From: Yuukianura sp. NJ FZ-2021
Taxonomy: Eukaryota
DNA: 64,000 bases
Assembly (NCBI GenBank): GCA_046563655.1
Contig: CM102289.1
Coordinates: 4,030,001 to 4,094,000 of the forward strand
Direction of reading: 5' to 3'
Shown: in pieces, positions 1 to 10,414 of the stretch
Numbering within the stretch: the stretch's first letter is position 1
Layout of the letters: every line of letters begins with the position of its first letter
The notes under the pieces: generated by a model
The model's input: only the letters and a program-made list of their open reading frames with translations
What the model was told of the DNA's origin: nothing
The model's database searches: none
Program-made: the position numbers and the translations under genes

Positions 1-125
1 TAAAAACTAATTTATCGCCGTTTAAATTTATTGGAATTAAATTTTTGATTATTCTTTTTTTTTAATCAAACTGTAACTTTCAACTACATTACAATGTCAA
101 TTTGTTTTGAAACCTTCCGTTTAAC

Positions 126-394
126 CAAGATTTCTTGACTTTGGTTTTCTTTAACAGGTTAGGTAATACCTCATGTTTGTTTTGATTTTGCAAAAAAAAA
201 ATGTAGTTTCACTTTAGCGCATCGTAGTTATAACAATAGAGCGGAAATTTTTAAATTTTGCATGCGAACTGGTAGAAATTTTTCGGATTGGTACTGAGAT
301 TAGTACCAATTTTTGTTTTTCGTTTTTCAGTCAACAAGCGAGGTGGTACCCAACCTGTTGAAGAAAATTAACTTTTTATTGTCAAAGAATCTTG
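126..394. mobile_element. MITE family A, copy 1
   Basis: Imperfect TIRs CAAGATTTCTTGAC / GTCAAAGAATCTTG. The element is the reverse-complement homolog of 1896-2166. Confidence 0.7.
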
Positions 395-607
395 CTTTTG
401 ACGATAAACTCTGTTAAACACTGTGCTAATTGGAGGAATGATACCATTTCGTTTTTGTTTACCTTTACAGGCTTGACAAAAATTAAAAACCAAAATTGGA
501 TTTTCAATTTTATATTTTCTTTAGTACTTTTCCTTGTTAAAACTAAAAAAACTCGCGTCTATTCCACAAGTAATTATTCTGTTTAGATAAATTTTGAACT
601 AAAGTCA

Positions 608-2724
608 ATGACTCCTGTAAGACTTATCTATAGATAACGTTTTGTATAAAATACCATGCGCAGTTTTTTAACTGTTTCTGCTGGTAAAACATTTATCATT
701 CGACAAGTTAACGACAATTGACTAACTTGTTTCTTGCTTTGAGGCATGTCTGTTAGAGCATTTAAACGTATACTTCGTCGGAATTTTAAAGAAAGTATTC
801 CGTTCAAAAGCAAGTCAAATTTTCGAGTACAGCCTGACTTTCTTTAATGACTTATAAGTTTCTTATATATAATATTAATAACATATTAATTTTTCATCAC
901 TTCACTTTCTACTTTAACAGCAAGAGGAAAACCTTGTTGTGATTGACACTGATGCTGGGACAGACGATGCATGGGGTCTCTTCATGGCTGTGCGGGCGCA
1001 TCAAGATACGCTAAATCCGCTGCGTATCCTTGCAATCACAACTACGCATGGCAATACTACTGTGGACAACGTTACTATAAATGTCACTCGGACTCTACAA
1101 ACTGTCAACGAATCCACGGTAAATACAATTTACTAAACCAAACTTAATTCTGTGACTTAAATGTTATTGAATTAAGTAGAAATTAGTAGTAGCTTATATA
1201 GAAAAAGTCCTTTCAACATAATCTGTAATTTTAGATTCCGATATTCCGCGGTGCAACCGCTCCGTTGACTGTTCCGTTAATTCTAGATGGACCGCCGTAT
1301 CATGGAGAAGATGGTTTTGGAGATGCAGATTTACCACCACTAGATCCTGTTCTGGCAGAAGGACATGCAGTAACCGCACTCATCAACATTGCACAACAAT
1401 ATCCAGGCAAAACATAACGCTTTTGAAAATTGTTAAAAATTTCTGTTAAACGTCGGTTTCAATTTTTAAGGCTCCGTCACTGTATTGGCGCTTGGCCCGC
1501 TAACAAACTTGGCATTGGCAATTCGACTCAAGCCAGAAATAAATTTTAAACAACTATTTATCATGGGTGGTAATTATCTAGGTATTTAAAAAAATTAAAA
1601 TACGTCGGAAGCATTGCCTTTTTAGACTGATCCAGCTCAACTAATGTTGATTAATTCAATGTAATATTTCACAAATTGTTGTGCTTGGGTGTGTTACTCA
1701 GGTGAAGGGAACACTACGCCTGGGGGTGAATTTAATTTTCTTGCCGACGCAGAAGCCGCGCGTACCACTCTGGAAAACTACACATGCCCAATACTTGTTG
1801 CCCCTTGGGAGACATGCCTCAATTACGGAACGACGACAAAGGTAACTCCTCTCCTCATGTAAACCCTAATTTGCTATAGCTTTAGTCTTTACTAACAAGG
1901 TTTGTTGACAACGAAAAGTTAATTTTCTTTAACAGGTTGGGTACTACCTTGCTTGTTGACAGAAAAAGGGGGAAAAAATTGGTACCTATTTTAGTACCAA
2001 TCCGAAAAATTGCTACCAATTCGTATACAAAATTTAAAAAATTCTGCTGTATTGTTATGAATACGGTGCCCTGAAATGAAACGAAAACACATTTTTTTCT
2101 GCAAAATCAAAAAAAAAACATGGTATTACCCAACCTGTTAAGAAAAATCAAAGTCAACAAACCTTGTTTAATAATTAGATGTTATCAATAATATACTATC
2201 AATAATTTGCTATGATTTATTATACACGTGCTATTAATATGTTACATTTAACGTATATTGTTACTTATGTTTAAAAATATCTCCTCAGTCATTCCGTACT
2301 GAAGAACTCGGAAGCATTCCTACTCCGCAAGTGGAGCTACTCAATGCAATCGAGGCGAATATTCTAGAGTCCACGCCGGATGACACATGGAATGTACCTG
2401 ACCCAGTTCCGGTTGCTCTTTTGCTAAATCCAGCAGTAAGAAATTTTTCAAGTTAACCTTGCTTCTGAAATGATCCCGTGTTTTGTGAATACTAAATCTC
2501 CGAAAAAAACATTACAGTTTGGAACAAAAACAGAGGATCACTATTGTACAGTGGAATTGAACGGAGAGTTCACAAGAGGGATGATGGTGGTGGATCGAGT
2601 TGGCTTTCTAGAACGCCCGCCTAACGTTACGATCTTAACGGAGTTCGATTCCGAAGTTTTCAAAGAGATGCTACGATATGCTGTTGGTGGGCCAGAAGTC
2701 AAGGCTAGTTCGGCAAAAGCTTAA
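608..2724 (+). CDS. Inosine/uridine-preferring nucleoside hydrolase family protein, 7 exons (608-616, 921-1118, 1235-1406, 1471-1581, 1702-1841, 2289-2435, 2518-2724)
   Basis: Spliced translation gives [11 protein letters not shown] (DxDxxxDD), [31 protein letters not shown] and TRGMMVVD, all IU-NH motifs. Exons join in frame; intron 3 needs a GC donor. Confidence 0.93.
1896..2166. mobile_element. MITE family A, copy 2 (intron 5 of the nucleoside hydrolase)
   Basis: Perfect 14-bp TIRs CAAGGTTTGTTGAC / GTCAACAAACCTTG; non-coding interior homologous to 126-394. Confidence 0.8.
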
Positions 2725-3408
2725 CGTTTTATTTACAGCACAAAATTAATCGCCATACTACAGGTTCGTACACCATGCAGCATAAAACAACTTGGACTTT
2801 AAATAATAGTCGAGTTTTAAAATTCAAAAGGTTACGGAATTATTTTTAAAAAAGTCTTAGTAACCAGTAACGCAAACGTTCTAGTAATTTCCACAAAAAT
2901 AATAATATAATGATGCTTAAAAGTTTAAAAAAGGGATTGGTCCGGGACTTGCAAACGTTCAAGCTACGTTCTTGGACTTGGAAGCTGAAAATTTAAAAAT
3001 TCAAAAATTTAAACTCAAGAAAAATTACAAGTTTTACATTTTCCCGCCCAAAAACTTTAATACTTTACCTTGGATGGTGTGCCATCTTCCATCACAAAAA
3101 TCGTTATATTTAGAAACCAATCTGTGCTACATATCTAGCACACGTTTTAGTAAATGGCCCAAGGAGTTATTCTTATAAAAAAAAATTTTTTTTACTCTAA
3201 TTTCAAAAAATGAGTATCGTAGATTAAGTAGTTAACAAGACAATAATTTTCATCTTAAGAATAAAATATATAATTGGTAGTTTTGATAAACAAATTTTGC
3301 AGATTGTCATTTATTACTTTAAATTTCCAACATGCAACTTACTAGGAGAAATAAATATTTACATGCGTAGCACTACTTCTGTTTAAACAAAGAAGATTCT
3401 CATTCTGT

Positions 3409-5377
3409 TCAAAATGTAAGGAGAAGGTTTATAATGGAGCCTAAAACCACTTCAGCCCAAACGAACAACATGAATTCTCTAGTTTCAAAAGAGGCTGCAG
3501 TTCCAACGTGGATGCGTAGCGGAGACATTCCTTTCCAGAATTTTGATTCGGATTTTGAGTGTTCACGGGCACAACGACGAGCATTTTGAATGAAATCGTT
3601 AGACAGAATATGCTGGTTTGTTGAAATACTAATAATAAAATTTGCTCCCACTGCGCAACCAAAATCAGCAAAGGCCATAGTAAATACGATCACAAAAGGA
3701 TACCCAGAACTCCTGAGTGTGAAAAAAGTTAAAATGACAATGGCCATGAGAAGGTTCAGTATGACCAAAGACGTTGCCGTTCCAAATGCTACTCGATATG
3801 CTTCACCAGCCACTTTAAGCTTCAAATACGCCCGACGGACCTCCCAAGTGTGTACATGGAGGCGATTCCCATCCGTATCTAACTCCGTTTCACTGTCATT
3901 TAAAAATAATTTTTTGTTAAAGTAACAACTCTTGGAAATTTGAAACTTTCTTACCCACTGAGATCCTTTAAACTTTGAGTACAGAAAGGTACCAATTTTG
4001 GAAACTCCTCTGATTGGCTCCTTCTCATCTCACTCCTCCCACGATTACCGTAAAATTTCTAGTAATGTGCAAAACTGTTACGTAAAAAGTGTTGGTTTGT
4101 TTAACGAGTTTATTTAGTTGAACAAAGCTTTAATCAGCATTTAGACACTTCTTAAAACAATTAACAATTGTAGCAGATTCAATTTCTTCCCAGGAGTCAC
4201 AAATCATTTCTGTACCATTTCTAATTAATAGAAATGGGAGCTTTCGAAGACCAGCTGAGCTTTTTTTTTTTTGATAAAAACTCAAACACTTAGGCCAAAA
4301 ACCTTGGTCTAGTAACAATTCAGATAAAATTTAGTCCAATTAACTTACCTTTGCGTTCCCATTGAATCTTATAATGCGGTTTTCTTACGGGAATATTTTG
4401 CTCACTGTTGCTTTTGTAATTAAATATTGAGCACAGATGTCTTTTCTTGTAGTATTGGTTAACTCTGATAGGATTTTCCGTTTCGTTTCTAACGTAAGGC
4501 ACTTCGACTTTGGCATTGTTAAAAAATAGCCATATAACTAAAGATTAACTGTAACTTAATTAATAATAAAGAACACCGGGACTACACATTTATCACATGT
4601 AAACAAAAGATTTGTCAACTGTTGGAATTGTTGACAAGTTCTCTTCCCGCCTTCTCTTTCCCTCCACTTGTTGGAAATTTTCGGTATAAAGAGGAAGGAG
4701 AAAGAGCAATAGCGTGGTTTCCAAAATTGGTACCTTCCTGTAGTTGTAAATAAATATGTAAACATCAAGTGACAGAAAACCATACAATTGATGGCTGAAT
4801 GCCCCAATCCGCTCGCAACAATGAATATAATACTAAATTTACATGAGCTGAACATCCAAGAAAAGGCAACAGATTCAGGAGTGCTAAGTTGTGAAGCAAT
4901 AGCCCACATTCCGCTGTGAAATGTAGTGAAAAGTCCAGGAAATGTCCATGACATTGCATATAACATTGGACCAAACATCAATGGATACATGACTGCAGCA
5001 TACAATATTATGAAGCAGATTATTTCATAAAAGAGCGGCAATTTTTTGGACAAGTGGAACATGGTATCCAGAGCAACGTTGGTAACATTCAGACAACGGT
5101 TTCTAGCAGTTGGGATGAGTATAACGTATTGTGTTATGTGCATTATGTTAAAGATGCAGTTCAACCCAAGAGCAAATATTTTTTCCATTTCTGTAGTAGG
5201 TCCGAATACTACTTCGTAGGTCAAGTAAGAAATAAACAAACCTACGACAACTGTTGAAAATATTCCAAATATTCTGCATACTGATTGACTTTTTTGAACG
5301 GAGTGAACTAAAGTATCGGGTTTGTTACGTCCAAAGTTGTGCCGAACAGGGACACAATTCAGAGCTCCTGCCCACAT
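3409..5377 (-). CDS. Gustatory-receptor-like multi-TM chemoreceptor interrupted by a DNA transposon (possible pseudogene); coding segments 5377-4741, 3979-3955, 3892-3409
   Basis: Several hydrophobic helices and a GR-like C-terminus (SPLRIHVG...VVLGSIINLLLTF), similar in layout to 42765-44157. Removing the 3982-4740 insert and one TA restores the frame. Confidence 0.65.
3982..4740 (-). mobile_element. Non-autonomous pogo/Tigger-like (Tc1-mariner superfamily) DNA transposon
   Basis: 24-bp TIRs CAGAAAGGTACCAATTTTGGAAAC (23/24 match) with TA on both flanks. Internal minus-strand remnant DSWEEIESATIVNCFKKC resembles the pogo/Tigger transposase C-terminal W..V...TI.NCF.K motif. Confidence 0.85.
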
Positions 5378-6187
5378 ACAACAACTTCACACATAAGTTA
5401 AGCCTTTTCTCCATTTCGTTTAATACAATTCAATAAGCTAAGTTTTCTGTTATTACTATTGGGCTATTAGCCTAGCAAAAAATTATAGCTACTAATACTA
5501 CCAACACTAACAACAAAATCTGCAAATGAGTAGTACAACCAAGTAATTAAAAAGCTTTGAAAAATTTGCTATTTCAGAAACCCAAAATGTACCAATATTT
5601 GAACTGTTTAACCGCTGTATCCGAAATGGATTTCAATACAAGTGGGTTAATGTGTTTTCTTTTTCGGGAATGTCCTCATTCACCTTTATTTTTAATTTAT
5701 AAGTCCAACATGCCTATCGTTTTTCAGTTTTTAGGCAGTAGAATTGAAAATGAGTCAAGTTATTACTGCCAGATTAAATTTTGTGTTGGCAATTAGGCTA
5801 TTCTGAAATCAAAAAACAACGTTAAAAGCCTTTAGTATCGTCGCTGCTACGTCTCATGACTTCATTACGATTGCTACGTAATTGAGTTATAAACCACATT
5901 TACATCTGATAAAACTTAAAAAGTAAACACTTAACCTAACTTCTGCTAATCCTTAAAATTGTATAACTTTCCAATTTTCGAAGTCTCATGTAGCTCAATC
6001 AAAAAATAAATGACAACCACACAGGAAAGAAGCGATTTCGCCATTTTTTCTACGTAACGAACCTCATAATTGAATGTGGAAATGTTAAAAATCAATAACG
6101 TTGTTTTTCAGAAATCGGTTTTCTTGCGAATAATGCTAATGTAAAGCGTTAGATGAAGAAATTTGTTAAACACAACATATTTTTTTT

Positions 6188-6342
6188 TCTAAAAAATGTG
6201 ATTTTTGAAATAACATCTTCTTTTAAAAGTGTCGTTTTTCAAACCTTAATCACTCAGCTTGTTACCTTCAAAGATTGTAGCATATTTGGCTCTTCTGATA
6301 AGGTTGAAAGCATTTTTGACATCTTGAGCAGCACCTTGGGAG
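6188..6342. repeat. Dispersed repeat, direct copy of 9468-9624
   Basis: Shared sequence such as ccttaatcactcag...ctgataaggttgaaag..tttttgacatctt..gcagcaccttgggag. Confidence 0.75.
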
Positions 6343-6669
6343 ACGGATGAGTAGTATTTGTGTACATTCTAGTAACATGGCAAGACAGTTGAGCAGTGAC
6401 CTGCGCAGACGCAAATCGCCAAGCTATGACATGTCCGAGGAATTGTGCTTATGCAATGGAACGCTGCCCGGATGGAAGACTATCAGAGTCATGCTGTTGC
6501 CGAGTAGCCGCTTGCAAAATTTGCTTAAATATTTCAAAATTTCAGAAATTTGAGTAACAAATAAAAGAAATCTTAGCAAAAATATGAATTCATGGTATAT
6601 ATTTTGTATGTAATTTGCAACATGTGACTACGTTGCCTTAACTCTATCGAGTTAGACCTGAATTTGTTA

Positions 6670-6996
6670 AGAAGCAAGCAGCGATTTTCACACTTGTTAT
6701 TTTTATAATTTTTCTGTTTTTGAAAGAGCAATTAATTGACATTTTTAAGAAAAAATTTATTGTTTTCTAAGATCAAACCGCCAAAAACTAACTTTATTTA
6801 CATTATTTAACAAGTATAAGGTTATTTTGACGTATAATACGTTAATTACGAGTTAGTCGATTTGGGCCACATTCCTTCCAGCAGCATTTAAAGCAACTTT
6901 TTGCTTTTAAAGCATAAAAAGCAAAAACATCAAAAAAGCTATTTACAGCAAAAAGCAAAGCATCGACTTTAAAAAGGCGCATTTTACGAAACACTG
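6670..6996. mobile_element. MITE-like family B, inverted homolog of 36118-36498
   Basis: The reverse complement aligns by eye with the 36118 element (catcgacttt.../aaagtcgatg..., ending in cactg). The left boundary is approximate. Confidence 0.6.
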
Positions 6997-7119
6997 GTAT
7001 TAAGAGAAAGTATCGAACTTCCCAGCAAATGTATTCTCTAAGAAATCAAACAACTTGATTGATTTTATTCAATTACTGAGTACGGATATAGTTTAGTTTG
7101 AAATTTGGCAGATTTTAAA

Positions 7120-8232
7120 TTAGTCTGTAATTTTTACACAAAGAACAGCCCGATATCGTGGTACGTACAGGTATGATCGACAGTGCCCATACAACGCTGC
7201 TTCAATCACGTCAATATATTTCATGACCTCAGAACATTTTGAAAAATTTTGCACAAAGTTCTCCCGCAACTTCAAATATTCAACCACATCGTTCTTAACT
7301 ACTTCACAAACTTGGTCAACGGCATCACGCAATCCAATTCCTTGTTGGCGAATTTTGAAAACAACTAAACTGTCAACTTCATATTGCTCAGGTTGTTTGT
7401 TGCCATGGAGGATGTCGATGAGGATACCCAGCAAATCATTTGTAGATGCCACCATAGAGTCAGTAACAGACCAAATGGAATGGAGTACGGGTGATTCCAG
7501 AACTTCAGACGGCAGTCCATGTTCATTTTCTACAATCCAGTAGAATTCCGCCATTCCCGCAAAAAACGCTGCGGTTCCTCGCCATTTCCGAAAAGTTTCC
7601 TCAAATAGGGCGCCATCAATCTTATTCCGGCGAGCCACACATTCAAAATAGTCTTTTAAAAAGAAGTAAAATTGCTGGGATTTTGTTCCTCCGGTGGAAT
7701 CAAATACTTGAAGCTTTTGGACAATGTCAGAGAAAGCATTAAACAAACCTTGAAACGAAGGAAATCCTTCTACTTTTTCTTTGTCAAAATCTGTTGTGTT
7801 CTTTGACAGTATTCCTAGGAGATATGTTGCACCGTTGGTAAAAACTTGTTCAGAAGTGAGTTTGTTGCTCACGTATGACTCCAGAATGTCGTCAATGACC
7901 CACATGAACATAAGGAACTGAAGGCACAAATTAAATTTTGGACTGCCGATAGGTTGGAATGGATAAGTGAGGGTTACAAATATTGCAACCGTGGTAGCCA
8001 AATCTTCGACATATTTGGGATTTAAACCCGATTTAAACATTGATTCTGTCCAAATTTTGAGAAACTTCTGATTGCGTTCCACGTCTTCCTGTACCAATAT
8101 TCTTTCCAAACGGGGAGTAATTATTGGGAATTGTCCCGTGACCTCAACTGACTCTTTACATATTGGATCCCAAAATGTTCCAAAATCAAACTGCAATTTC
8201 CTTTGCATCCCTTGTTTCAGTTCCATTGTCAT
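7120..8232 (-). CDS. Microbial-type class I terpene synthase (terpene cyclase), intronless CDS
   Basis: Asp-rich DDILE, candidate Arg sensor in KWRGTAA, NSE/DTE-like NDLLGILID and C-terminal RY dimer (VPRY); about 370 aa. A TTTTAG acceptor just upstream of ATG 8232 suggests a 5'UTR intron. Confidence 0.88.
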   Translation of the reverse strand: MTMELKQGMQRKLQFDFGTFWDPICKESVEVTGQFPIITPRLERILVQEDVERNQKFLKIWTESMFKSGLNPKYVEDLATTVAIFVTLTYPFQPIGSPKFNLCLQFLMFMWVIDDILESYVSNKLTSEQVFTNGATYLLGILSKNTTDFDKEKVEGFPSFQGLFNAFSDIVQKLQVFDSTGGTKSQQFYFFLKDYFECVARRNKIDGALFEETFRKWRGTAAFFAGMAEFYWIVENEHGLPSEVLESPVLHSIWSVTDSMVASTNDLLGILIDILHGNKQPEQYEVDSLVVFKIRQQGIGLRDAVDQVCEVVKNDVVEYLKLRENFVQNFSKCSEVMKYIDVIEAALYGHCRSYLYVPRYRAVLCVKITD

Positions 8233-9328
8233 TTCTAAAAGAAACAAACCTAACAATTATTCAAGTAAATTATAGTTTTGCTGGGAATAAATTTGTTGTT
8301 GAAATTACTACAAACAGAGAGCGCATAAGTACGTAAAAACTTTTTTAAAGCACTTTTAGCGCTTTGCGGACTTTTAAAAAGTTAAAAAAGTTTAAAAACT
8401 TTTTCGATCATAAAACGTTTTTAGGACTTTTTTCCTTAAATATGTCAATTTTGTTATCAAAAACGGCAAAAGTTTTCAAAAAATTGCACAAATTGGTTCA
8501 AATTCGGGTGGAAAAAAAAATCACTGGAAAACACATGTCTCACTAGTACAGTTTCAGAAGAAAAAAAAATAGGAGAGAAAATATTAAAAGAAATATCAAG
8601 TGACCGTCGACAGCTTTTTACCATTGAAAACTTTGAATGTTTTGCATTTTGAACTTGCGGTATTTCTTAATTTTTGGGACTTTTCGCACATGTTTTTGAA
8701 CTTTTTTGGTCCAATTTTTACGGACTTTTTAAGTCCTTAAAACGCTTTTTTGGAGCGTATTTATCCAATCCTAGACTATAAAACACTAATCGTAAGATAC
8801 CTTTGTTCAAATTAATCAAAGATGAAAAGGTTAAGCGTAACTTTTCCGCTTAAATTTCGTCGAGTGTCTTAGCTTCCGGTGAAAGAATAAGACTATGCTA
8901 AGCGACAAATTCGAGCGCGTTAATAAAGCCCCCTTCAGACAATGCGACAATAAGGAAACGGAATTCAACAAGGCTAAATTTTCAAGGACTTAAAAAAAAT
9001 TTCGGGAAGGCGATAATTAAAATAAGAATTGGCACAATTCAAATTCAACTTTACAGCCATATTCAGATAAGTGAATCTTATCCAAGGTTCCATTGAGTGG
9101 ATTATTAAGTTTTCGGCGTAATTTCTAAAAATCGAAATCAAGGTTTTTCCATTGTGTGAAGTCTTGGCGCTTTGATGATGGAAAATTGCCGTTATTGTTC
9201 TCGTTCGATTTATTTACTGACGCATTTGAATACGTAACTGGAAGGTTATCTTCAGAACCAAAAATATTCCTTGTTTAGGGTATTTAAAAAAATTCAACGA
9301 TAATGGGACACAAAAGCAAGTGAGCGAT

Positions 9329-9624
9329 TCCCAACAAGGTTCGTCAACAACAAAATAGTTTATTGGTCAACAGGCTAGGCAGTAACTAGAACTTTTTCAA
9401 TTTTGTTAAAAAATTAGCAAAACTTACTTCACCGTGCCTCCCTATGGCAATGATTTAAATTAAATCGGTCTAAAAAAATGTGATTTTTGAAATACTATAC
9501 ACATTCTTTTAACATTGTCGTTTTTTCAACCTTAATCACTCAGATTGTTAAAGATTGTAGCATGTGACTCTTCTGTCTGATAAGGTTGAAAGTATTTTTG
9601 ACATCTTAAGCAGCACCTTGGGAG
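9329..9624. mobile_element. MITE-like repeat (cccaacaaggt...accttggg); 3' half duplicated at 6188-6342
   Basis: Imperfect terminal inverted repeats similar to family A ends, and a second copy in the window. Confidence 0.55.
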
Positions 9625-10414
9625 TAGGGATTGCAAGTTCGGACAGGTTTAAAAAAGTTTGAACTGGTTCGAAAGCAATAAATTAATAGTTCGAACGCGT
9701 TTGAACTTCGAACTCAGACTAAAGTATACCGCCAAATTGCCATTTTGGTAATTTATTTAAATAACATATTAAGAAAAATTGGCAATCTTTTAACTGCAAA
9801 AGGTTTCTGGGTTGTATCGCTGACATTCAACAAACGTCGGACTGGGGTCGAGGTCCATTCGTGATTCATGAATTTGAATTTGGGAAAAGACCGATTTCAA
9901 TTTGAGCAATTTTAGTTTCTGCTCGATGCACAACAAACCGAACTTAATACCGTTCTTATCAGCCATTGTAGCCACAATTTTTGCTACTCCTCTACACATT
10001 TTGTTTGACTTCACTCCCGGTTGTCACCTGGCAGAAAGTAACTTCCACAAAGGAATGTTTCGTATAAATATTTGACACTTGGTTGTCTTTTTTACGAAAT
10101 TACAAAATAATTCTGCAATGGGAGCATCAGACTTCGGCTTTGGTAAACACTACTTTGAGGTGACTGCTGGCTGCAAAAGTTAAATTCAACTCACAAAGAT
10201 GAGGAGGGGCCAACTAAAATGAAAGTTTGAGTTTCGCGGAATTATTTTTTAGTCCTCTACGTATTTTCCCATATTACCTATGATCCTCCAGAATATTATC
10301 AATACATCGAACAAAGGTTCGAACTTCACCCTCAAAAAGTTCGAACTCAAACCCGAACTCCTGAAGAAATAGTTCGAACCCGTTCGGGTTCGAAGTCCGG
10401 ACTTGCAATCCCTA
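9625..10414. mobile_element. Non-autonomous hAT-like element
   Basis: 20-bp TIRs TAGGGATTGCAAGTTCGGAC / GTCCGGACTTGCAATCCCTA (one mismatch) and subterminal TTCGAA(C) repeats. No 8-bp target-site duplication is visible. Confidence 0.75.

Noticed and set aside
9790..10014. ORF inside the hAT-like element as a transposase
   Set aside because: Too short and no recognisable catalytic or BED-finger motif.
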